Of a DNA stretch of 64,000 nucleotides, positions 51,141 to 64,000 are shown piece by piece. The translations under genes and the position numbers were made by a program. The notes under the pieces were generated by a model. That model had not been told where the DNA came from and did no database searches. It saw nothing but the letters and a program-made list of their open reading frames with translations. Each line of letters opens with the position of its first letter. Positions within the stretch are counted from its first letter, which is position 1. The stretch is from Octopus vulgaris (taxonomy: Eukaryota), in the NCBI GenBank assembly GCA_951406725.2, contig OX597820.1, positions 79,484,001-79,548,000 of the forward strand, given 5' to 3'.

Positions 51141-51453
51141 GTAAGTATTTCTAAACCCCAGCACATTTCTTTGCGAAGTTCAAAACCATCATTATCATGA
51201 TCAGTTTAACATCCCTTTTTCTGTGCTTGTATGGTGAAATGAAATTGTTGAAAGAAATTTTCTACAGCTGGATGCTCTTCATGTCACCAACATTTACCTG
51301 CTTCTAAGCAAGATAATCTTTCTCCTAATCTTTCGAAGAATGGACAGCACAGTGACCAGACATATTGTCATAGAAGATTGCAAATTAACATCGCCACTTA
51401 GATGATGGTGACGTTTGTTCACAATCAGTGTGTGATGTCAAGACAAGGAAACC

Positions 51454-51507
<54 letters not shown>

Positions 51508-52315
51508 CACAGCTACTGTCTTTTGGCTTCCATCTCCTAAATCTTTTCACGAAACTTTGGTTGGTACCAAGGCCTGTAGAAGATTCAAAATGCAATGCAG
51601 TAGAACTGTATCTGAAGCCATATGGCTGCAAAGCAAATGTCCTAACCAAGTAGCCATTTTAGCACCTATACTATATAGGCCTATACTATAGGCAGTAGAT
51701 ACACTCTGTATGGTGTCTATACTATATGTAGATAAACTACTGGCGAATCTATCCAACTGGTACTATTTAGTTTGTCATGCCTTATGCTGCTGCTGCTGCT
51801 GGCTGAAAGACATCTCAAACTGCTTCTTTTATCAAACTCTTTGATATCAAAGACAATATTAATTATAATGAATGACAACATGTTGTTTTTAACACTTTGT
51901 GGACTGAATAAGTTCAATAATGGATTAATTTCCTGCAGAACCACTAAATGGTGAAGAGAGAAAAATCAATGGAATATGATCAGTTCACGTAATGTATATG
52001 ATCATGATGATCATGATCATCCACTTTTCCATAGTTGCATTTGTCAGACAGAATTTGTTGAAGCAGCTTTTCTAGAACCAAATGCCCTTCCTGTCACCAA
52101 CTCTCACTTGTTTCCAAGTAAGGTAAATATTTTTCCATGGCCGGAAATGTTTTTATGGAAGATTGGAAACCCAGGACACCAATTGTCTCAGAGAGTGACA
52201 CTTGTTTACAACTATTATGCAATGCCTAGACAAGGAGATACCAACACACACACACACACACATGTATAAGTTAATGTTTGTTTTTATGTTCAGTCAGTTA
52301 TAATAAAAACAATTT

Positions 52316-53510
52316 TTGGCTTTATACAGTCTCTGTTAAGTTAAAAATCTTCCTTGTATATATGGGTTTCAGTAGAGTTGTAATTAGGTTTTAGGATGGA
52401 TTGTTATGGCGAGGTGTTTTGGAGAAATTTTTATTGATTAATTTTGAGGTTATGTTATTGTTTAGAATTTATTTATGCATGTAGAACTTTGTAAGCAGGT
52501 GTGAATATTTAGGTGAGTCCCTTTTGGTAGGTAGGTGTAGGATATGCCAGAAGTTTTTGTCTTTGGTTTTATTGACTTCAATCTTTTGCTTTGGCTATCT
52601 AAAGGTCAAAGGTTCAAAGTTTAGTCCAGTATTTAAAAACTTAGTAATTTGGTATGTCAACTTTTTCGTAATAGAATTTGTTATGGTTTCACAAAGGAGT
52701 GTGAGTAGGTGATATGTTATAGCTAACCGATTTCTTTCCTTGTTATTATTACTTAAGGTGAGGGTTATTAGCGGAGCATGTGATGATGTTAGTTTTAAAA
52801 TTGGTCTATTTTGTGCTTTGATGTTCACAAGAAGATAAAGAAATGTGCAGACCAGCAACTGCTACACCTACCCACATTCATCATCAAAAAGTTGACACAC
52901 CCAATAACTAAGTTTTTAGATACTGTATTAAACTTTGAACCTTTGACCTTTATATTCATTTCTTTATTGCCCACAGGGGCTAAACATAGAGGAGACAAAC
53001 AAAGACAGACAAATGGATTAAGTTGATTATATCGACCCCGAAAGGATGAAAGGCAAAGTAAACCTTGGTGGAATTTGAACTCAGACTGTAACAGCAGATG
53101 AAATACTGCTAACGATTCTGCCAGCTCGCTGTCCTCTTTGACCTTTATATTGTCAAAGCAAAAGGTTGAATCCAATAAAACTAAAAATAACTCCTGACAC
53201 GTCCTATGCCTACCTACCAAAAGGGACACACCTAAGTAGATATTCACACCTGCTTACAAAGTTCTACATACATAAATAAATTCTAAACAATAATATAACC
53301 CCAAAATTAATCAATAAAAATTTCTCTAAAACACCTCTCCATAACAATCCATCCTAACACCTAATTACAACTCTACTGAAACCCACATACCTAAGGAAGA
53401 TTTGAATTCAACAGAGACCATATAAAGGTCAACTTCAGTGTATCACAGTCCGATGATGGCTTAACTGGCCAAAACTTTGAAGTCACTGTCAATAATATTC
53501 TTGTTTAATA
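52316..53510 (+). mobile_element. Penelope-like element relic arranged as a long inverted repeat, with a degenerate hammerhead at 53445-53489
   Basis: About 52316-52670 is the reverse complement of about 52880-53430 (excluding the SINE insert). Ends ACAGT-CCGATGA-T-GGC..GCC-AAAA-CTTTGAAGTC-ACTGT then (TA)n. Confidence 0.7.
52957..53135 (-). mobile_element. Family C-headed SINE with a perfect 16-bp TSD and an alternative tail
   Basis: CTTTGACCTTTATATT at 52941-52956 and 53136-53151. Confidence 0.88.
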
Positions 53511-55049
53511 ATATATATATATATATATATATGTGTACAGCCATGCCTGTGCTTGTACGTTTATTTAAAAATAGAAACCGTAATGATTATATTGCCCCAT
53601 TTCTATTTTAAAAAATTAATTTTTTTCATTACACATCTAATTCTTTTGTCCTTTTGTCCTTAACAAAAATGACTGAAAAGTCAAGCTTTCGATTTCAAGT
53701 CCATCTGCAAATTTGTTTGATGATCATGTACAGAGTTGGATAACAACATCTCGTTGCTCTACAGTTTTAAAAACTGGTTGTTTTCATTCGTTCTGAGGAG
53801 CCACATACCTTTATAGGTTTTGTTGTGTATCAAAAGATTCATCTGTTTGCTTTTGCACTTGACACAATTGCTTTCACTTCAGTAGCCATTTCTACAAATA
53901 TAACTTATTTTAAAGAATATTCCGATGGCAAACACATACTTTGTGTTTCTGTGAAAAATTGAGTGGCTGTGTGGCAAGTAGCTTGCTTACCAACCAAAGC
54001 CTTGTGAGTGGATTTGTTAGAGGGAAACTGAAAGAAGCCCGTTGTATATATATGTGTGTATATATATATATATATATGAGTGTGTGCGTTTGTGGGTCTC
54101 TGTTTGTCCCCACCAACATCGCTTGACATGCGATGCTGTTGTGTTTACGTCCCCATAACTTAGCAGTTTGGCAAAAGAGTCTGATAGAATAAGTACTAGG
54201 CTTACAAAGAATAAGTCCTGGGGTCAAATGACTGAAACAAGTAAAAGAGTATTCAGCTGCCAAATTGTGTTGTAAAAAATATTCTAAGTGAGTAATAAAC
54301 ATTAGCTGCATTGCTTACAGTTATTGAGGTCAAACTCTGTTGTTTGGGTTCTGTACACAGATCCATTCACTGACCTTATTATTTGTGCTGAAACTAATTG
54401 CCACTCCCTTAACACACTTGATTTGTTTGAAGAAAGGACAAACTTACATAAAATCTCTGTTAATCATTTGTGTAAATAATAAAAGGAAAAAAAACTCAAC
54501 TAATATAAGATTTTTTAAAGACAGTATTGTGTGATTTGAAGAAAATTTAATTGCTATTTTTAGCAGGTTGAGGGATGTTGGTTGTTCAGGAAATTAGCAT
54601 CATCCACTGTTTGTTTTTAAATTTTATACATAACATAGCAACAAACTGTGTCTAATAAATCTCTATCTGAATTCAAATTTTAAAAAAGCAGGAGCAATGT
54701 TGACCTTATTGAAAATATATCATTGGATTAAGTCATCCAAAATCCATTTAGGGCTGTTTTATTTTCCTTGTTATTTTTAAGCAATGCAAGAAATGGGAGT
54801 TAAATCCCAAACCACGAAAAAGCTATTCTTATTTTGGCATGTTGAATGTAGGTGGGCAGGACAATTCGAGAGAATTCAAAAATGATTAGTATATAACTCA
54901 TATAGTGTGTGTATCCTAGAAAGGTGCCTAGCCCATTGCATCTGATTACTTATGAAGAGCAGTTCAGTACTTGGTGTGTTGGCCTGCTAAGAACAGTAAT
55001 GTCTGGTGTTAGAGACTACTGCTTAATGTTTAAGATCCTGCTGCAGGAT

Positions 55050-55395
55050 GTGGGGTGACAAGTTATCTAAGTAGTTGTTTTACGGGGAATTGCAACATGG
55101 TGTATGCCTGAGACATAAACCCAAGAAATGTTTTTGGGATGTTGTCAAGGCAACCGTAAAGCTTTTAGTGGGAATGTTGAAGACTGGGAGCAGATGACTG
55201 ATTGGTTTTGAAAGATGCAATTTATGATGGTCGTTAAGCATTTGAAGCACAGAGAATTAAATTCTCCTGCCAGAAAGGAACTTCGTTAACAAGACCTGAC
55301 TTCATTCTCAGACACTTTTCTGCCTGAAACTGTTTGTGACATCTGCAGCAATGTCAGTTTGTCCAAAGCCAGACTTGGTAGTCAGATGAGACTTC
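55050..55395 (+). pseudogene. Degenerate RTE/BovB-like ORF C-terminus with CCHH-type zinc knuckle remnant
   Basis: LFYGELQHGVCLRHKPKKCFWDVVKAT...NVEDWEQM...AFEAQRIK...CDICSNVSLSKARLGSQMR, with frameshifts. Confidence 0.65.
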
Positions 55396-56386
55396 AAGAT
55401 GGCATTCACTAATTTATGAGATGACCTTCTGTAAAGAAGTGGCAATCTCTCTCTCTCTCTCTCACACGCACACATACATGCACATGTGTAAGTGTGTATG
55501 TGTCTGTTTTGACATTGAATGATAAGTTATAAATGAGTGTCACTGTTACATAAGCTGATTCATTTCCAATTTTCTGCAAAAACATGTCTGGCCATGGGCA
55601 ACAGAGAAGGGCATCCATCTGTAGAAAATCTGCCTGATTCATACAAGGATGGAAACATGGACATTAAAATGATGAAATGATAATGACTATGGTGATGATG
55701 ATAACTATGATCTAGAGTCATTAGCCAAGTACACCCCATACATCAGATAAGTTTTAGGGCTACTAATGGTTCATACAATCTATATTGGAGCTTAATGGTT
55801 CTACTACAGAAAACAATTAATAATTCTGAGGATCTATTAGCTGGCTATAAAAAATATTTTTGTCACAATTTACATTTTTATCCTATTTGCTTTAAATTAA
55901 TTAGCAGTTGATTATTTATCTTTTTTTTTTTTTTTGAAATCTACTTTCTATTATAAAATATAATTTGTGTTCTTTGTCATGTATAATTTTTTTTTTCTCT
56001 CAGTGCTTACCCATTTATTGCCTCATGTAAGGTGAAATTATTGTTCTAAACTAGGATACTACTATTCCTTGATAGCTGAGATGAATTTAAAATCAGCTCA
56101 AGAGTTTAATGCAGCTGATAGGTGGTATTGATTGTTTTGGTGTAATGAACAGATAAACCAGACAATTAATTTCTGACAATACAGCTCCGTCAAGTAGAAC
56201 TCTAATTAGGATAGGGTATTGATTCTTATTTAAACTGTTGCAAAGGAAGCCAATGGTTTTGTGGTAAAGGTTTTCATGAGATGAAATACAATTTTTATTA
56301 GCATATTATTTACTGTAAAGTTGACTTAAATGTAAGTTAAGTTTACTTCTTCTTGACATATTTACTTAGGAGCAATGGTTTTTTTT

Positions 56387-56691
56387 TACATTATTTACAT
56401 ATGACGGATATTTGTCGTCATCTTGTTTGTTGTTAACACAATGTTTCAACTTCATTCCTAAGGTATTTTTTGATGTTATTATTATCATTAATCTGGTCAC
56501 TGCCTGGAATCAAACTCAGAAATTTGGGGTTAGTAGCCCACGATCTTAACCCTTATGCCATATGCCCGTGGCCATGTCAGCCGAAACGTTGTGTTAAACA
56601 AACAAGATGAGGACAAATATCCTTCAAATGTAAATAATGTAAAAAATGTAAAAAAATGTACATAATTCCTCATCTCTTAAATATAGAAGTG
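56387..56691. mobile_element. Rearranged inverted dimer of the tRNA-hammerhead element
   Basis: Minus arm retains the tRNA head but has a deletion across the ribozyme; plus arm starts at TCAGCCGAAACGTTGTGTT and ends in the tail cctcatctcttaaatatagaag. Confidence 0.8.
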
Positions 56692-56770
56692 TAAGGATGA
56701 TGTGTCTTTCATTATGTTGCATTTCCTTCTTCAGTAAATCCAGCTGAAAATGACTTAATAGTTTCTTTCT

Positions 56771-57207
56771 TAAGGCGGCGAGCTGGCAGAAATGTAAGCA
56801 TGCTGGGGGAAATGCTTAGCAGTATTTCGTCTGCCGCTACATTCTGAGTTCAAATTCTGCCAAGGTCAACTTTGCTTTTCATCCTTTCAGGGTCGATAAA
56901 TTAAGTACCAGTTGTGTACTGGGGGTCAATCTAATCGACTGGCCCCCTCCCCCAAAATTTCAGGCCTTGTACCTAGAGTAGAAAAGAATTGTTTCTTTCT
57001 AATTTTGACACTAGGCCAGCAATTTTAGGAGTGGAGGCAAGTCAATTACATTGACCCCAGTACTCAACTGGTATTTATTGTATTGACCCTGAAAGGATGA
57101 AAGGCAAAGTCGACCCCTGCAGTATTTGAACTCGGAACCAAAAAATGGAATAAATGCCACTAAGCATTTTCTCTGGTATGGTAATAATTCTGCCAGCTCA
57201 CTGCCTT
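56771..57207. mobile_element. Tail-to-tail pair of family C SINEs (plus 56771-56990 with 10-bp TSD; minus about 56995-57207)
   Basis: GTTTCTTTCT at 56761-56770 and 56991-57000; the second copy is the reverse complement. Confidence 0.82.
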
Positions 57208-59195
57208 ACACATTGTTAAAATTAAGGACAAACCATAATTGTAAATCAACTGCTTTAATAATCTCTGCAACTGAACCAACCTGTCTACATAATTGCTAAA
57301 AATGTGTACCACACCTAAAGAAAATGCAGCACAGTGCATAGAGTTGGTGGTTACTCCAATATCCATCAGGTGGATGACAGGCAAATCTCACTTTGGTTGG
57401 AAGATTGACTTCAGCTTTGTAAAGTGTTTGGTACCTAGTGTCTTAAGCTAACTGAATACAGAGAGCAGTCAGATAACCAGGTGTTTTGAGTGTCACATGA
57501 AATGGCAATATATTGTTATTTCACCATGGCAATCATCATACTAAATTCACATTCAAAACATAGAGACTGGATTTGAAAGCAGCTACTTGGGTGTTTTACG
57601 CTGATTTTGTATTTGTGTGATTTAGGTGAGAAAGCTCATGGCATAGTGTTGTAGTTCTATAGTAATATCTTTCATGGGTTGGGATCAGATATTCTGTTTC
57701 AAGTGTTCCTCTTTTTGTTAAGAACAACTGACTGCTATGAATGTTTAACTCCTAAGGTCATTATTGACTGAGATTAAAGCAGCAAGCTGCTACAAATGTT
57801 GGTGTATTGGACAAAATGCTTAGCAGCATTTCTTCTGGCTCTGTACATTCCAAGTTCAAAAAGTTCCAGGGTCATCTTTGCCTGTTGTCCTTTCGGGGTT
57901 GATGAAATGAGTACCAGTTGAACACTGGAATCGATGTCATTGGGTTACCTACTTCCCCCTAAAATTGTTGGCCTTTTGCCAATGTAAAGTATTATTGAAA
58001 GAATATGTATTCACAGCTGTAACCAACAACAGTGTCGCATAACCCGCCCATTCAAAAGTACCTTGGACCGTAGGGCGACATGCCCTGCTTGAGATCTATT
58101 GAGTCAAGTACATCAAAATCAAATCAACTGGAAATTGTAGTTGTGATCTCAGTGTCGGTGGCATGTAAAAAGCATAATCTGAATATGGCTGATGCCAACG
58201 CCGCCTTAACTGGCTTCTGTGCCAGTGGCACATAAAAAGCACCATCTGATCATGATCGATGCCAGCCCCCTCTGGCCCCTGTGCTGGTGGCATATAAAAA
58301 GCACCCACTACACTCTTGGAGTGGTTGGCGTTAGGAAGGGCATCCAGCTGTAGAAACACCGCCAGATCAGACTGGAGCCTGGTGCAGTTTCCTGGCTTCC
58401 CAGACCCCAGTCGAACCATCCAACCCATGCCAGCCTGGAAAGCGGATGTTAAACAATGATGATGATGATGATCTAGTGTTGGGTGAGTGTGTGTGGCATA
58501 TGAAAGAGGGTGAAGATTTGCGATTATGATTTTTCTGTTTGGAAATGGATTACTTGAAGGAAATGGGAATTGAATTTATTGCTGTCTGTGTCATAAATTG
58601 ACCAATCGTAAACATTCTTCTCACAAAGACAATAATTCAAGTTTTAAGCTTAGAAAATACTTTCTTGTTCAGCTGTCTAGACTTGTGTATACATTATATT
58701 ATAATGGGCTGTCATTTGAAAGTAGTGAGTTGCCTTAGTACTGCTACTATTATGATCATTAAAAGTGTTGATCACAGTATCAGCTGTTTAATAAATATGG
58801 TTTCAGTCAGATTTGAAGAATTTTATTTCAGTTAATTACTTCCCAAAATATTGTCTGCTTACATTTTCAAAATAGTCACAAGGTCATTCAGATTGGTTAC
58901 TAAACACTATGGAAGAAATTCTGCTGCTGTCACTTCTTGTAAATAGCTTTCACCTTATTTACTGATGCAGGCAGGTATGTGTCTAACAGAAGGAAACCCA
59001 TCAATATTGTTACACACTCAGCTACACCACAGCCGGAATAAAGTAAAGTCTTACTGCTAGAAATCAATATTTTTCTCCCTCCATTCTATCAGAATGTATC
59101 AGTTTTATTAGAGTAAGATGTAAATGCATTATCTGCTAATTTGTTTATTAGTGACATTGTGGAGCTCAATTTACGCGTTGTTGATCCAATACGGA

Positions 59196-59247
<52 letters not shown>

Positions 59248-60074
59248 TCTGTCTCTCTCTCTCACTGCTTGTCTTACTTCATCTGTGTAGTCATATGTTA
59301 TAAATCTTTCCTACAACTATAATTATCATTGATAAATTCTTTCTGACCCCATGTTTTCATCAGGATCATAATCACAGTATTTTAAAGACTGCGTCTACCA
59401 CTCAATGATTTTTTTTCTTTTTTCTTTTTTCTTTGCCCCTGACTCGTTCTCTCTTTTGCATCATTTAATGCTGTGAATTTGTAGCTGTAAAGAAACCCGT
59501 ACATTATTGTATTCTGACACTGGATATCTAAAACTAGAATCATTGATTAACTCAATCAATCAATATTTATTTATCTCACAAAAATGAAATAAATAAGCCA
59601 ACTGCTTGACTTTTTCTAATTTGACCTTGATGGAGCAGAAAGGCATTCCTTTCCTGAAAGGCAAAGAAATGAAATTATTCCAACAAGGCTTATATGGTGG
59701 CTGTGTGGTTAAGGAGCTTGCTGTGCAGCCACGTGGTTTCAGGTTCAGTCCCTGCTGTGGACACTTTGAGCAAGTGTCTTCTATTGTAGCCCTTGGTCAG
59801 TCAGTGCTTTGTGAGTGAATTTGGTAGACAGGAAGGTTGTTGTTGTTGTTGTGTGTGTCTGTCTGTCTGTCTATGTTTGTCCCTCTTCCCTCACCCAACT
59901 GCTTGAAAACTTGTGTTGGTGATAGAATCAATACGAAACTTAGAAAATACTTCCAGGGTTGATCTATGTGACTAAAACCTTTGAAGGCGGTGCCCCAGCA
60001 TGGCCACAGTCTAATGATTGAAATGAGTAAAAGGTAATATGAAAGGAATTGAAACCAACTTATGAAAGGAAATA

Positions 60075-60302
60075 TTAACCATTAAGTCCCAGATTACTTA
60101 CATTTCTGAATATTACTTTTAAATTTTTACAGATGATTAAAAATAGGTTAAAATGAAAAAAGATAATTAAAACTCCTTTGCTTCAAGTAGAAATGGAAAT
60201 ACTCGGTGTCCTATAAATCGAACACTGGGACAATGAGATATAGCTTATTTAATGTTTTCATTTAGTGTCCTATTTAAAGGACAGTGGGCCTAAATGAGTT
60301 AA
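60075..60302. mobile_element. Possible old TTAA-flanked MITE
   Basis: TTAA-CCATTAAGTCCC ... GGGCCTAAATGAG-TTAA imperfect TIRs. Confidence 0.4.
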
Positions 60303-63276
60303 TATCAATATAACTACCTTCAAATGAGTGGTTTTAATTCAGAAGCTGTCCCAAGGTGGGTTATTGTGTACAACACTGAGTAACTTTTAAGTTATCTCTA
60401 CAGAGTTTAGAACCAGTACTGAAAGTTACACTGTTTTCTATATGAATACATCTATGTATACAGTGTGAATTGAAGATAGAAAAATAGGCAATGGGTGTAT
60501 ATGCATATTTTAAGAGTTATTGCTCTTTATTCAGTATTACGTCCAACCCGTTAACCATCCACGAACACATTGCTACCAAATATCAACTAAGTCTATCAGT
60601 GTAAAACTATTGGATTGAACAATTCACATATTTTTTGCTAGAAGGGACACATATTGCTACTTGGTATTACAATATGGCTGTCAAACAAAATATGGTGTTC
60701 CTACCAGCAACTAATATTAATTGAATACAGACCTTTACCATCACTGTTCACTCTTACTTCTTCTCTCAGATGTCTTGTCTATTACCTGTATTTTTTTTTT
60801 TCTTATAATGCCCCTCTCATTCCACATCTCCCTGTCTTTCCACCTCCCTGCTCTGAATAATAACTCTGGGCTTTTAACGTTTCTTCCGATTACTTCTTTT
60901 CCTGTCTGATACATTTATAGAACTTGAATCTAGTCGACTGACTTTTTATCAGACCGCTTCAATTAATTAATAGAACCCTTTCGTATACATCACATTTGTC
61001 TCTTCCAATATATCACATCTATGTAACACAAAACAAATATTGCAGAATTGCTGTTGGAATATTACTAAAAATGTCTAGCATTTTAAATGAACTTCGAATT
61101 AATATTCTAAAGTATATGATCAATTTTACTGATGTTTTGCTAGAATAACTCTGTTGTACAAATATTGACTTTACATTTTGGCAACAGTTTTTAGTCTTTT
61201 TCAGACTAAGACATGTAGTGTACCATGTACTTTTCTGTAGGTGGCAAGCTGGTACAGTTGTTAGCACATCCAACAAAGTGCTTAGTAGTATTTCTTCTGA
61301 CTCTTTGCATTCTGAGTTCAAATCCTGCCAAAGTCAGCATTGCCTTTCACACCTTTGGGTTTGATAAAAATAAAGTACCAGTCAAATACTGGGAATCGGT
61401 GTCCTTCCTCTCAAAATTGCTCGCTTTGAACCCTGTAATGAACAGGTATTCTGTTCAGGGGGAATGAAGTCACTTATACACTATGGAAATCAGGTAAACC
61501 AGTTTTATGAGTCCTAGGACTTGAGAAGAAATATGTACATTTACTTGTGTGTGTATGTGTGTCTTTACCGGCACTCCATTGTTTACGACGGAGAGTGTTC
61601 CAGTTGATCTGACCAACAGAACAAGCCTGCTTGGGACATTAATGTGCAAGTGGCTGAGCACCCTCCCCCACACATACATACTACTCAGGGAGATTCAGCA
61701 TGACATACAATGTGACAAGACTGGCCCTTTGCATTACAGGTACAGTTCATTTTTACCAGCTGAGTGGACTGGAGCAGTGTGAAGTAAAGTGCCTTGCTCA
61801 AGGACACAATGCACCACTAATAATCAAACTCACAACCTCACGATCATGAGTTGAGTACCGTAATCACTAATCCAATCACCTTCACTGGGTATGTCTATAT
61901 CTACATAAACACATACACAAGTTACAGAGGCAGTACACATACTAGAAGCAGAAACCAACCACACGCATTCCCTTAACAAAATATCAATGGAAAAACAACC
62001 ACCCATTCCCCAAAACCATTTTATCATAATACAAGGATAAAGATAACGGAAATGATACAGAAATCTGACCACACAATGCAGGTAGTGCACTATAGTGTAT
62101 TGCACAACAGTATATGGTATAATACAATTTAATTGACTAATTTGTGTTGTATACATGTGTGTGTGTGTGTGTGTGTAAGACACATCTAATGAACTGAATG
62201 GATGGTAGACTGACTGGCAACACGATCAAACAGGCTGGTTATATGAATGAATTGATAAGGGAAAGAGATGGCAATGAAACAGATAAGTAAAACCAAAATA
62301 ACACACACACATTGAGATGCATATATATGCACATGTACATGTGTGCATAATGAAAATGAAAATTGTGATAGAAACATGCACACACACACACACACTCGCA
62401 CATGCATACATGAATACTCACTGCCGTATACAGAGGTATGTATGGCACCTCAGCCAAAATTGCATATAGAAGCACGTATCTGCATATTCAAACACACACC
62501 AATATGAAACACGAAGGGAAACGTTTGCATTTTACAGAGCTTGTATAGAGAGAGTGTAGGAGGTCAGTGAAAGGTCACATTAGCGTGACAAAAGGCTTTA
62601 TGTAACTAATTAATCAGTTGATTACGAAACAGAAGTGAACCAGAACCAGTGCTTTTTTTGCTTTTTGCTATTACACAGAATGACCCTCCCAAAGTACATG
62701 TACACACACACATATATCATCCCCATCATCCTTTTAACATCTGCTTTTCTATACTCTCACATGGGTCAAATGGAATTAGTTGGGGCAGATTTTCTACCAT
62801 CAGGTGTCCTTCCTGTCACCTGCTTTCATCTGTTTCCAAGCAACATAATACTTCTCCTATAGATATGTTTTTCACGGAAGACTGGAAACAAACAACACTG
62901 CTTGTATAACAGTGATTCTCATTTACAACCATCACAGTATAGCATATAATATAGTGTAAAATTGAGAAGGTACTTTAGTCTTGTCATGACTCTTTAGTCT
63001 TTAGTCATGACAACCTCTCTAGTGCTGGTGCCATGATAAAATACATCCAATAAACTCTGTAAAGTGGTTGGTAATTAGAAGGGCAGCCATTGAAAACAGC
63101 TGATGATTAAGATCATCACCATCATCATCTTACATTACCTTTCCTCATCGTATTTTCTATTTTCAGCATGATTGTGTGTAATAATAAATTTGTATGAGAT
63201 AAAATGATTTTGTTTTCTTTCTTTTTTTCTTTTAATGTTGTGATTTAATGTTTGTTTTGTTTTGTTTTGTTTGTAG

Positions 63277-63470
63277 GGTTATCTCTTTATCACAGTGCTC
63301 ATCAGTGCTGGCAGTGACCTCATGAAATTGGTCATTCAGTCAATCAAGAACGACCTTAACAGCCGCAACCCAGTACATGTTAACCTAGCTTTACAGTGCG
63401 TTGCCAATATTGGCAGCCGAGAAATGGCAGAAAACTTGGGGACGGAGATTCCACGTTTACTCGTATCGGG
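63277..63470 (+). CDS. AP2A2: AP-2 alpha coding exon 4 (194 nt); gene continues beyond the window
   Basis: tttgtag acceptor; reads GYLFITVLISAGSDLMKLVIQSIKNDLNSRNPVHVNLALQCVANIGSREMAENLGTEIPRLLVS(G); GTCAGT donor at 63471. Overlaps ORF 63295..63663. Confidence 0.97.
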
Positions 63471-64000
63471 GTCAGTCATTTTCCACTCTTTCTTAACTCT
63501 CTTTAAATGTATGAGTTTATTTTTTTTAACCAAACACATCATTTCAAACAAATTTAGTCTTTGTTCATCATTAGATGTTGTATATGTCTATTTGTCTATG
63601 CCTGTCTGTCTGTCTGTGTGTCTGCTGTCTTTGTGTGCCCGTCTGTCTATGTCTGTCTGTTAGAACTACACTAAATTTTTCCGTCCTCTTCAAGAGATTC
63701 TGCCAAACTCTTTATTGGTGGTTAGCTGATTAGAGTTTAGGTTATTCTGTTTCACATTCTATATTTAACTAGCATTCTTGTATCCTTTTTGTGTTACATC
63801 TAAACAAATCCTTTTTCTTTTTGGTGAGGACTTCACATAACCCCCCACACCACCACCAAATTTGTGTGACAGAAATTATTCTAATTTCTTTCCTTTGATC
63901 TGATAGTCTACTTCTAATTATTTGTGATGTTCCAATAGTCCATTATTAATTAGATCTTACACTCTGTTGCTTGTTTCATGGAAAGTCTTTGTTCTGATCT

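Overview
AT-rich, repeat-dense metazoan genomic DNA. The repeat repertoire suggests a coleoid cephalopod such as Octopus, but this is inference. The only host gene I can support is the 5' part of an AP-2 adaptor complex alpha subunit gene (AP2A) on the + strand. It has four coding exons (2248-2311, 44312-44380, 50998-51140, 63277-63470) separated by GT-AG introns of 42,000, 6,617 and 12,136 bp, and it continues past the window. Almost all other ORFs in the track are artefacts of SINEs, LINE 3' ends and microsatellites. The introns hold several tRNA-derived SINE families, 5'-truncated RTE LINEs, piggyBac- and hAT-type MITEs, a Helentron-type element and fossil transposase, RT and endonuclease fragments. 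The most interesting signal is a tRNA-headed (Pol III A/B box) short element carrying a minimal type I hammerhead ribozyme. It occurs at four loci, three of them as Penelope-style inverted dimers with a one-sided tail. Two other, unrelated hammerhead-bearing Penelope-like termini lie at about 0.5 kb and 53.4 kb. Repeat boundaries were read by eye and are approximate unless a TSD or TIR is quoted.
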